From: Candidatus Jordarchaeales archaeon
Lineage (GTDB): Archaea > Asgardarchaeota > Jordiarchaeia > Jordiarchaeales > Freyrarchaeaceae
DNA length: 32,000 nucleotides
Assembly (NCBI GenBank): GCA_038889235.1
Contig: JAWAHN010000002.1
Location: 134,356 to 166,355 of the forward strand
Direction: 5' to 3'
Below, one piece after another: positions 8,998 to 16,842 of the stretch (the stretch's first letter is position 1; each line of letters begins with the position of its first letter). The notes beneath the pieces were generated by a model. It had not been told where the DNA came from. It saw only the letters and a list, made by a program, of their open reading frames with translations, and did not search any database. The position numbers and the translations under genes were made by a program.

Positions 8998-10149
8998 GTG
9001 AAGGTATCTTCTCCCATAGCGGAGGTCGAAGAACCACTGTATATCGACAGCTTAAGATGTTTCAGGTGCGGTCTTTGCCGGACCACTTGCCCCGTATTTG
9101 AAGTCCAGGGGACTGAAGACTGGAACACACGTGGCCGCATACTCCTACTAAGAGGGCTAATCTTAGGGGAAATCCAGCTCTCACGTTCACTAGCCGATAG
9201 GATCTTCTCATGCACACTGTGTAAGAAATGCGAGGTTATATGCCCGTCTAAGGTTAACGTAACGCGCCTCATCCAAGAAGCGAGGTTCAGGCTCGTCAAA
9301 AACGGTGTGCAGTTCCCAGAGGCGTATCAAAAACAGCGAGAAAACATACTGAAATTTGGAACTGTGATGGGAAGACAACTCTCACTCACTAGTAAAATAC
9401 CTAAAAACGTCAGAATTGCCTGCGACAGCAGCACAGTCTTCCACGTTGGATGTGTGGCCAGCGGCTCCTACCCACTTATAGCCCAGCTGGCGCTGGGGGT
9501 ACTTTCAAGGTTCACCCCTATACGGACATTTGACTCTGAGAAGTGTTGTGGTGGAGTCCTTCTAACCATGGGGTGCAGAGAAGACTTCAAGAGTTACTCT
9601 GAACGATATGTTAGAGAAGTTGAGGGCGAGAAAATCGAGAAAATAGTTACACTGTGCCCGATGTGCTACAACACTTTTGCAGAAGAATACCCGTGGAAAG
9701 TTGAAGTCCGCCACACATCACAGGTGTACGAGGAGCTCCTTGACTCTGGAAAACTCAGTTTCACAAGGAGAATTGACGCGTCAGTGGCGTACCACGACCC
9801 ATGCCACTTGGGACGCCACGCAGGAATATACGAGCCACCTCGCAAAGTCATAGAAAACATACCTGGAGTAAGGTTTGTGGAACTAGAGTTCCGCCGCGAG
9901 CTCTCGGTTTGCTGCGGTGGCCCTGTGAGATCCTCATACCCGTGGATAAGGGACTATCTCTCGGAGAAGGTGGTTAGGTTAGCGGTTGAAGCTGGAGCGT
10001 CATACTTGGCCACAGCTTGCCCCACATGTTTCCACAACTTGTACTCGGCTTCAATGCTTTCCGACTCTGAAGTAAAAGTTGTTATGGTGGACGAGCTTGT
10101 AGGCTTTGCCATCGGCACCCCAGTAGAAATCCCCCTGTATAAAACATAA
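8998..10149 (+). CDS. (Fe-S)-binding oxidoreductase subunit, GlpC/HdrD-like (two 4Fe-4S motifs, two CCG domains)
   Basis: CFRCGLCRTTCP, CTLCKKCEVICP, CCGG twice, YHDPCHLGR; GTG start at 8998 follows GGAGG (ORF track begins 8926). Confidence 0.85.
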   Translation: MKVSSPIAEVEEPLYIDSLRCFRCGLCRTTCPVFEVQGTEDWNTRGRILLLRGLILGEIQLSRSLADRIFSCTLCKKCEVICPSKVNVTRLIQEARFRLVKNGVQFPEAYQKQRENILKFGTVMGRQLSLTSKIPKNVRIACDSSTVFHVGCVASGSYPLIAQLALGVLSRFTPIRTFDSEKCCGGVLLTMGCREDFKSYSERYVREVEGEKIEKIVTLCPMCYNTFAEEYPWKVEVRHTSQVYEELLDSGKLSFTRRIDASVAYHDPCHLGRHAGIYEPPRKVIENIPGVRFVELEFRRELSVCCGGPVRSSYPWIRDYLSEKVVRLAVEAGASYLATACPTCFHNLYSASMLSDSEVKVVMVDELVGFAIGTPVEIPLYKT

Positions 10150-10220
10150 ACCCGCTATGTTTATTTCTCCATCATCATTATGTTGCACGCGTCATGAAAT
10201 GCGGAAAGGGTGCCGTTTAA

Positions 10221-11474
10221 ATGGGTAAAACGCTTGCCGAAAAAATTCTAAGTCTCGCCTCTGGAACTGACGCCTACCAAGGAGACATAGTGGTAGCTAA
10301 CGTAGACTTTGCCATGGCGCAGGATGGCACAGCCCCCTTGGCGATTGAAGCCTTCAAGAGTATGGGGGTAGAAAAAGTCTGGGATCCCAGTAGGATAGCG
10401 CTCGTCATAGACCACAACGCCCCCAGTCCCAACGAAGGTGTCTCGAAGCTACATAAGCTGATGAGAGAGTGGGCTACAAGTCAAGGGGTAATCCTTTACG
10501 ACATAGGGGAAGGTGTCTGCCACCAAGTTATGGTGGAGCGTGGACACGTAAAACCTGGAAGAGTCGTCCTAGGAGCCGACAGCCACACATGCACTTACGG
10601 TGCGCTCGGCGCCTTGGCTACTGGTATAGGGTCAACGGAGATGGCTGCTGTCTTTGCAAGCGGCCAGCTCTGGCTGAGAGTCCCAGAAACGTTCCTTGTA
10701 ATTGTCGAGGGTAAGCTTCCCAACGGGGTCTACGCTAAGGACATTGTTTTGTCAGTCATTGGGAAAGTTGGAGCTGACGGGGCAACCTACATGGCCGTTG
10801 AGTATACGGGAAGTACCATTAAGGAACTCAGCCTGGACGGACGGTTAACTCTCTGCAACATGGCTGTAGAAATGGGTGGAAAAACGGGTCTAGTGGCCCC
10901 CGACGAGAAAGTGGTCTCCTTCCTAAAGGAGAGAGGGATAACAGGCGGATACGAGTTACTTGCAAGCGACGAGGATGCAGATTTTGCCGAAAAGCTAGAG
11001 CTCGACGCCGAGGACCTAGTGCCGGTCGTTGCATGTCCCCACTCTGTGGACAATGTTAAATCAGTAGAAGAAGTTGAAGGAACACCCGTTAGCCAAGTAT
11101 TCATAGGAACCTGCACTAACGGTAGAATAGAAGATCTAAGAATCGCTGCAAGAGTTATGAAAGGAAGGAAAGTCAGGGTGAGAACAATAATTGTGCCAGC
11201 TTCCAGAGAGGTTTACCTCAAAGCCTTGAGAGAAGGACTCATTGAGGCATTCGTAGAGGCAGGCGCTACCGTCTGCAACCCTGGATGCGGCCCCTGCGTC
11301 GGGACACACCAAGGGATACCGTCACCCGGCGACGTTGTCATCTCCACGGCTAATAGAAACTTTAAGGGGAGAATGGGTTGTGACGACGCCGAAATATACC
11401 TTGCCTCACCTCACACCGCTGCGCTGGCAGCGGTAACTGGAGAAATAAGAGACCCTAGAAGGGGAGACATATGA
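10221..11474 (+). CDS. leuC: 3-isopropylmalate dehydratase / homoaconitase family large subunit
   Basis: DHNAP, GVCHQV, GADSHTCTYGA, IGTCTNGR, CGPCVG, STANRNFKGRMG; intact. Confidence 0.95.
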   Translation: MGKTLAEKILSLASGTDAYQGDIVVANVDFAMAQDGTAPLAIEAFKSMGVEKVWDPSRIALVIDHNAPSPNEGVSKLHKLMREWATSQGVILYDIGEGVCHQVMVERGHVKPGRVVLGADSHTCTYGALGALATGIGSTEMAAVFASGQLWLRVPETFLVIVEGKLPNGVYAKDIVLSVIGKVGADGATYMAVEYTGSTIKELSLDGRLTLCNMAVEMGGKTGLVAPDEKVVSFLKERGITGGYELLASDEDADFAEKLELDAEDLVPVVACPHSVDNVKSVEEVEGTPVSQVFIGTCTNGRIEDLRIAARVMKGRKVRVRTIIVPASREVYLKALREGLIEAFVEAGATVCNPGCGPCVGTHQGIPSPGDVVISTANRNFKGRMGCDDAEIYLASPHTAALAAVTGEIRDPRRGDI

Positions 11475-12009
11475 TTAGGGGAAGGGTTTGGAAGTTTCCG
11501 GACAACGTTAACACAGACTATATTATACCTGGAATGTAGCCTGAAAAGTCAGGCTACCTGGAAAGTACAAGTTTAAGACGCTCGACATGGACGAACTGGC
11601 TAAACACGCTATGGAAGGCATAGACCCAAGCTTCTCGAAGAAAGTTAGAAAAGGCGACATAATCGTAGCTGGGAAAAACTTTGGTTGCGGCTCGAGCAGA
11701 GAGCAAGCTCCACTAGTCCTCAAACACGTGGGGATCTCCTTGATCATAGCGGAAAGCTTCGCCCGAATATTCTACCGCAACTCCTTTAACATAGGACTTC
11801 CCCTCCTCATATGCAAAGGGATAACCGAAGCCACTGACGAAGGCGACGAGCTAGAAGTAGATGTTAGCAGCGGTCGCATACGCAACCTGACAAAGGGCAC
11901 CGAGTTGTATGCAAACCCAATACCTGACTTCCTGATGGAGATTGTCAACTCTGGTGGTCTTTCCGAGTACTACAAGAAGCACGGGCGGTTCCCATGGCAA
12001 AAAAGGTAG
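11471..12009 (+). CDS. leuD: 3-isopropylmalate dehydratase / homoaconitase family small subunit, split by a 29-nt intron: join(11471..11534,11564..12009), 169 aa
   Basis: ATG overlaps the leuC stop (ATGA). Exon 1 reads [21 protein letters not shown] then ATG-TAG; the downstream frame reads [13 protein letters not shown]...[15 protein letters not shown]...FARIFYRN. Removing 29 nt joins them as IIPGKYKF. Confidence 0.93.
11535..11563 (+). other. Candidate pre-mRNA intron with strict bulge-helix-bulge (hBHBh') motif
   Basis: Outer helix UAC(11526-28)/GUA(11565-67); central helix CUGG(11529-32)/CUGG(11558-61); bulges AAU(11533-35) and AAA(11562-64); inner stem GUAGCCUGA/UCAGGCUAC with AAAG loop. 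Cutting after bulge nt 2 on each strand releases exactly 29 nt and restores the frame. Confidence 0.88.
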
Positions 12010-12992
12010 GCTACATAGAGGGCGACGGCATAGGACATGAAATAGTTCCAGTAACTATTGAGATACTCGAAGAGTTAGTCCCACAAATAGAGTTGATACC
12101 GATAGAAGCCGGGCTAAACTACATGAAGAAGACAGGGAAAAACGTACTCATAAGCGACGAGGCGTTAGAGCTTGCAGCAACATGTGACGCCATACTCAAG
12201 GGACCGACGGAAACGCCTCCCGGGCCTGGAAGTCCGAAAAGCGTAGTAGTCACGCTAAGACAAGCATTAGATCTTTACGCCAACGTACGCCCCTTCCAGT
12301 ACCCGGGAAAAATAGACGTCATAATAGTCAGAGAGAACACGGAAGATCTGTACAAGGGAATAGAGCATAGGTTGTCGTCCGACGTCGCCATCGGCGTACG
12401 AGTAATAACCCGAAAAGGATCCAAAAGAATAGCTGAATACGCCTACAAGATGGCGTCCCAATTCGGAAGGCGCAAAGTTACCATAGTCCACAAAGCAACA
12501 GTCATGAAAGAGACGTGTGGCCTCTTCAGGGAGACTTGTCTCGAAGTCGCATCCCAATATCCTTCAATTGAAACGGAAGAAATGCACGTCGACACTATAG
12601 CGATGAACTTAGTTCTTAACCCGGCGCGCTTCGACGTTATACTCACAACCAACATGTTCGGAGATATACTCTCCGACCTCTGTGCTGGCATAGTTGGAAG
12701 CATAGGGTTATGCCCGTCGGCAAATGTGGGAGATAAAAACGCCATGTTCGAAGCAATACACGGAAGCGCGCCGGACATAGCTGGAAAAGGCATAGCGAAC
12801 CCCGCGGGAATAATACTCGCAGCAGCACTCATGCTCGACTACCTAGGATACACGACCCAAGCAAAAAAGCTCAGAGACGCCACACTAAGCGTGGTAACCG
12901 AAAAAGTCAAAGTGACCCCCGACCTAGGCGGCAACGCCACGACAAGACAAATGGCGGAAGAAATACTTCGAAAAGCCAAGCAAGAAAGCTAA
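11994..12992 (+). CDS. leuB: Isocitrate/isopropylmalate (beta-decarboxylating) dehydrogenase family, LeuB/AksF-like
   Basis: [62 protein letters not shown]. Confidence 0.9.
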   Translation: MAKKVGYIEGDGIGHEIVPVTIEILEELVPQIELIPIEAGLNYMKKTGKNVLISDEALELAATCDAILKGPTETPPGPGSPKSVVVTLRQALDLYANVRPFQYPGKIDVIIVRENTEDLYKGIEHRLSSDVAIGVRVITRKGSKRIAEYAYKMASQFGRRKVTIVHKATVMKETCGLFRETCLEVASQYPSIETEEMHVDTIAMNLVLNPARFDVILTTNMFGDILSDLCAGIVGSIGLCPSANVGDKNAMFEAIHGSAPDIAGKGIANPAGIILAAALMLDYLGYTTQAKKLRDATLSVVTEKVKVTPDLGGNATTRQMAEEILRKAKQES

Positions 12993-13129
12993 CGAAAGCA
13001 TACAGCTACAAAATCAATGACCGCCAAAACATACAACCACCCCACAGAAAGACAAAGACCTACTCGTGAAGCAACAAAAAATACCCGTCAAACAACTCCC
13101 AAATTTCAAGCAACTCTATTTTTCAAGCT

Positions 13130-13473
13130 CTACAGCCTTGCAGCAGTCTTAACAAGGTTCACGGCGTTTCCAAGCCTTATAAGCACGTTTCTAATAGCTT
13201 CAAGAAGAGAAGCACCTCCTTCTTCAACAACAAGTGAAGTGCAGAAACAGTTCTAAAAACTTTACAGAGACACTGTCCTTCATTACCATTAAAGTGAAAT
13301 CTAGCTACATAGGTGCCTTTTTCAACAAGCTCTTCCATAGTGTAGAGCATAGGTAAACCTCTGAGGACCCCGCCAGGCAGCCTCATATACTCGTTAGTTA
13401 CACTTCTTTTATACCTGAAGACCTTATAGATCCCTTTGTGCAAGCTTCCTTTTATTCTCCCCGAGTAAGTCAC
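13130..13473 (-). pseudogene. Possible degraded or frameshifted hypothetical gene
   Basis: 98-aa ORF after a GGAGGTAGGTG SD-like tract; a second frame (SLVVEEGGASLLEAIRNVLIRLGNAVNLVKTAARL-stop 13130) looks more protein-like near the end. No family recognised. Confidence 0.25.
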
Positions 13474-13860
13474 CTACCTCCCTAAAACCTCAACAGCCAT
13501 CTTACTTTTGCCCCTAATCCCCGTCCAACCCTAGCCAGCAACAAAGGAACAACACAAAACCCGACACGCCACCTTCCTCAACCACCATCTAAAACTAGCA
13601 AGACCCCCTTAACAAAGCCACCCTTACACAGATGCAAACATTACCTAACAACCTCCCAGCCCCTCTCCTACAATAATCCTCTAAATACACTCCTTTCTCT
13701 AACAACTCTCTTTCTCCTTCAGCTTGCCGCCCCCCTCCCCGGCACAACAACCACTCCACACTAATATTCTTAAATCCCCAATTTCGCATGAAAATTCTCT
13801 CCCGCAGCAAACCTACAAATAAGCTCAAAAATAGTATACACGGTCACAGCTTTGAAACGA

Positions 13861-13895
13861 AAATTTACGTAAAAAATAATTTAATTAATAGATAA
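13861..13895 (-). terminator. AT-rich, T-run terminator-like tract downstream of tRNA-Gly
   Basis: Minus strand after CCA reads ttatctattaattaaattattttttacgtaaattt; oligo-T tracts are typical archaeal terminators. Confidence 0.45.
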
Positions 13896-13918
13896 TGGTG
13901 CGGTCGCCGGGATTTGAA

Positions 13919-13938
13919 TTCCCGGACTTTGTGCGTCT
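13919..13938 (-). other. tRNA intron 2, 20 nt, position 53/54, strict BHB
   Basis: GA-[CCCG]-[GG|A]-GAC-GCACAAA-GUC-[CGGG]-[AA|U]-UC; removal rebuilds CCGGG-UUCAAAU-CCCGG. Confidence 0.9.
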
Positions 13939-13961
13939 CCCGGGTCGCAGGCTTGGAGGGC

Positions 13962-13977
13962 TTCCGCCCGTTTTGGT
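13962..13977 (-). other. tRNA intron 1, 16 nt, position 29/30, relaxed BHB
   Basis: GG-[ACGU]-[AG|A]-CC-AAAAC-GG-[GCGG]-[AA|G]-CC; central helix has one A.G mismatch; removal rebuilds the 5-bp anticodon stem. Confidence 0.75.
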
Positions 13978-14047
13978 CTACGTCCTGGTCCAGGCTAGAC
14001 GACGACCGCTCATATTAGATTTTTCAGCTTATGCTTTTATTTTTTAC

Positions 14048-15286
14048 TCAGAAGAGTATGGCTTGTCTTTCTAGGACTAGTTTTGTTATGTTAGTGACTT
14101 TTGCTATTTCTTCTTTTGCTATCTCTCTAGCTTCGTTTTGGATGTTGTTCCATGAGGCTGTTGGGTCCACTAGTAGCTGTATGCTGGCTATTGCAGGGTC
14201 GTCTATTCTTCTTCCTATTTGTCCCAGTATGTATACATATGCTTCTTTTACTTCATCTATTTCTACCGCTATTCTATTTGCGATGGAGCCTGCTAGGACG
14301 TTGTATATTTTCCCTATGTGGCTGTAGGGGTTTTTTCCTGCTGTTGCTTCTATACTCATTGGTCTGTTAGGTGTTATTAGTCCGTTACACCTGTTTCCTC
14401 TTCCGACTTGTCCGTCGTCTCCGCTCTCGGCGGAGGTTCCCGTTAGTGTAAGGTAGTATATTCCTTTTTCGTAGTTGTCTCCGACGTTTACTTTTACTTC
14501 TATTTCTTTGCTCGTGTGTTTTGAGGCTAGGTTGGCTAGTTCTGTTGCTATCTGTTCTTTGACGTTTATGTAGTGGTCTTTGTCTGGTGTGAGCGGGGCT
14601 ATTATTGCTGCGGCTACTGTTAGCGTTATTTTTTCTCTGTCTCTAACTCCCATTACTTTTATGTCTTCTCCGACCTCTGGAAGTTTTTCTTTGAGCTCTT
14701 TGGAGTTAAGGTATTTTTCGGCTTCTAGTACTATTCTCTCGGTTTCCGTCAGAGGCGCGAAGCCGACTCCTATGCTTGTATCGTTTGATAGTGGTGCTTG
14801 CTTTTTCCCCTCTTCGAATATTCGGCGTAGGTCTGCTGATCCTGGACGTAGTAGCGCTTTGACAACTAGGTGTTTTTCTACGTCGAGGAATCGTAGGATC
14901 CTCTTGAACTCCTCTTTAATGCTTCCAACCGCTATTTCTTCTGCTGGGATTTTCTTTACTTTTTTCTCTGTGGCGACTTCGGTTGTGGCTCTTCCTGCGA
15001 GGATGAATGTTATTGGCTCGATTATTTCTCCTCCCCCGAACGTCACGTTTGCTCTCCCACCTACTAATATCGCCTTGTCTACGTTGTGGTGTAGTATTTC
15101 TCCAAAGTGTTTCTGGTAGTATTTCGAGAGGCTCACGCTCGCGGCTTCGGCGGCGTGATCGCAAAGGCTGTCGGGGTGCCCAATCCCTTTCCTCTCGACC
15201 ACTTCAACCTCCAGACTTTCCACTGGTTGGCTATACAACCTGCTAACTCTAATGTTCAATGCGCTTCCCCCATCCGTCTCTCGCAT
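14048..15286 (-). CDS. metK: Archaeal-type S-adenosylmethionine synthetase
   Basis: [84 protein letters not shown]; start may be the TTG at 15259. Confidence 0.95.
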   Translation of the reverse strand: MRETDGGSALNIRVSRLYSQPVESLEVEVVERKGIGHPDSLCDHAAEAASVSLSKYYQKHFGEILHHNVDKAILVGGRANVTFGGGEIIEPITFILAGRATTEVATEKKVKKIPAEEIAVGSIKEEFKRILRFLDVEKHLVVKALLRPGSADLRRIFEEGKKQAPLSNDTSIGVGFAPLTETERIVLEAEKYLNSKELKEKLPEVGEDIKVMGVRDREKITLTVAAAIIAPLTPDKDHYINVKEQIATELANLASKHTSKEIEVKVNVGDNYEKGIYYLTLTGTSAESGDDGQVGRGNRCNGLITPNRPMSIEATAGKNPYSHIGKIYNVLAGSIANRIAVEIDEVKEAYVYILGQIGRRIDDPAIASIQLLVDPTASWNNIQNEAREIAKEEIAKVTNITKLVLERQAILF

Positions 15287-15502
15287 TATTGGAGAAAACT
15301 CTCCTCTACCACCCTTCCATCTTACTTGGAACCTATATACCGCTTAAATAGCTTCTGGACGTGCTCGCCTTTCTGAAGAGTTTTATGTCCTTTTTCTTGG
15401 GCTTCTTCACAGCGTGCGCGTTTGTTTCTTTCGCAATTTTTATAAACAAATGTGCTCTTTCCCCCTTACGTTCAGCCTCGTTCCTCTGGAGGCGTCGTTA
15501 CG

Positions 15503-16156
15503 ATGCGTTACAAGTGGCTTTTCGTGGCGCTACTGGTGGCCTTTTTGACGGCGCCTTTGTTTTTAAGTTTCTTCTCTATTCCGGTTCAAGCTCAGCCTGT
15601 GAAGCATACTTTCACGTTTCTTAACCCTGATAACTGCGGTGTGAACTTTAACGTCACTGTGGATACTAGTATCCTGATTGACGGGTTGATAGGAAGTTGG
15701 TCGATTATGGTGACTGCTTCGCCCATTACGCCGAATGTAGTGAATCTCACATTGATGGGGACGGTTAATGGAAGCATTGTCTCAAGGGGGTTCCTTGTAC
15801 CGGCGCGGGACGCTTTCTCGTCGGATAGTGTTTTCAAGAGGTTTTCTCCTTCCTCCTACATCATTTACATCTCGGAGCCATTAATTGTTTGGCAAGATTC
15901 AGCGGGCTTTCCCGTAGCTTTCTCGTTTGACCTTATTATAACCATTAAGTACAGTGATGGAGGGGAGAAAAGTGTCCATCTTAAGTCGGGTGAAAGCGTG
16001 ATTGCTTTCATCATGCCTAATCCAGGAAAGTTGCCTCCTGAGGCCACTAAGCTCATGGCTGTCTCTTATCTAGGTTCTATCCTGCTTCCGCTGAGTGTTT
16101 TTTTGTTAAACAAGCTGATTAAGAGAGGTTTTAACAGGAGGGTGTTGTCGAGTTGA
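15503..16156 (+). CDS. Hypothetical membrane-anchored protein (N-terminal signal/TM, beta-rich domain, C-terminal TM)
   Basis: MRYKWLFVALLVAFLTAPLFLSFF..VQA signal-like start after GGAGG; hydrophobic C-terminal segment followed by basic residues. Confidence 0.65.
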   Translation: MRYKWLFVALLVAFLTAPLFLSFFSIPVQAQPVKHTFTFLNPDNCGVNFNVTVDTSILIDGLIGSWSIMVTASPITPNVVNLTLMGTVNGSIVSRGFLVPARDAFSSDSVFKRFSPSSYIIYISEPLIVWQDSAGFPVAFSFDLIITIKYSDGGEKSVHLKSGESVIAFIMPNPGKLPPEATKLMAVSYLGSILLPLSVFLLNKLIKRGFNRRVLSS

Positions 16157-16842
16157 GTCTGACGTGGGAGAAGATTAGGCTTTTCTTATCTCTCATATTG
16201 GTATGCGTAGTTATATCGTCTCTCTGTGTCTGGGTTTACATGTTGCCATCGCCTTCGGCTACGCTGCCAACTGTGCCTTTCGCCCTCTACTATTCAAAGG
16301 AGGAGTACACTGTCCAGGAAAATGGTACCGCTATGCTTACCGCGTTGTCGTATGCAGCTGTGTGGTTTTCTTCTTACGACGGTTCTTCTCTTACTGTTAT
16401 GGTGAGAGAAGGGGTAGGCGACATTCAAGCGGTTGAAATAAACCTTCTTACGGGTGAGACGAACGATTCCGGTAGCGGTATTTGGTGGATTCCTCCAATG
16501 AGACTTCTGTTCCCGGTGGTTTCTGTTAATGGGATTGATTTCGTTGTAGTTGGTAGTTGTGAGGAGTTCGTTAACCAGCTGGCTAGGGAGGCCATTATAC
16601 TCTTCCATAGTGATGGAGGAAACATTTCCATTGCCAAGTATAATAAAGAGAGCGGTTTCTTGATTGACTTGAAAGTTAGGCAGGGTGAATCCGTGACTGT
16701 TTACCACCTGCAATCCGTCCTTGGCGCTCAGCTGGGCATTTCCAAATACTACTATTTAAGGGTCATACTCCCTGTCACGCTCATCCCGTCTGTTGCTGCT
16801 CTCCTATTATCCATACCGAGGGCCGGGAGGAAAAGAAGGTGA
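16153..16842 (+). CDS. Hypothetical membrane protein with N- and C-terminal TM helices
   Basis: 4-nt overlaps with both neighbours; two hydrophobic segments and a basic C-terminus (RAGRKRR). Confidence 0.65.
   Translation: MSLTWEKIRLFLSLILVCVVISSLCVWVYMLPSPSATLPTVPFALYYSKEEYTVQENGTAMLTALSYAAVWFSSYDGSSLTVMVREGVGDIQAVEINLLTGETNDSGSGIWWIPPMRLLFPVVSVNGIDFVVVGSCEEFVNQLAREAIILFHSDGGNISIAKYNKESGFLIDLKVRQGESVTVYHLQSVLGAQLGISKYYYLRVILPVTLIPSVAALLLSIPRAGRKRR

Larger units (their letters stand above)
13896..14009 (-). tRNA. tRNA-Gly(UCC) with encoded CCA and two introns; mature 78 nt
   Basis: Acceptor GCGGTCG/CGACCGC-A-CCA; D-arm GTCT-AGCCTGGACCA-GGAC; after splicing, anticodon stem TAGGC/GCCTG with loop CC-TCC-AA (anticodon 13957-13955) and T-arm CCGGG-TTCAAAT-CCCGG. 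Confidence 0.9.

Noticed and set aside
11536-11557. leuD hairpin read as an intrinsic terminator or simple pseudogenising insertion
   Set aside because: No U-tract follows, both exons and the flanking leuC/leuB are intact, and the BHB-predicted cuts restore the frame and motif exactly. An assembly artefact still needs read-level exclusion.
11587-12009. ORF-track 140-aa LeuD starting at MDELAK
   Set aside because: It lacks the conserved N-terminal G(R/K)VWKF.DNV.TD.IIPG, which is encoded in exon 1.
13017-13256. 79-aa + strand ORF after leuB
   Set aside because: Thr/Gln/Pro-rich product reflecting the A/C skew; no SD and no recognisable motif.
13000-13895. ORB (origin recognition box) repeats
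   Set aside because: Only partial look-alikes (TTTGAAACGAAAA near 13851, two TTTCAAGC copies at 13104-13128); no TCCAxTGGAA core with a G-string.
13950-13960. Reading the tRNA as Trp(CCA) to keep U33
   Set aside because: It needs a mismatched anticodon stem, loss of position 26 and a 3-nt variable loop, and has no supporting BHB; the acceptor stem and A73 are Gly-type.
14031-15376. Several + strand ORFs over metK
   Set aside because: Antisense shadows favoured by the T-rich, A-poor local composition, which lowers stop-codon frequency.
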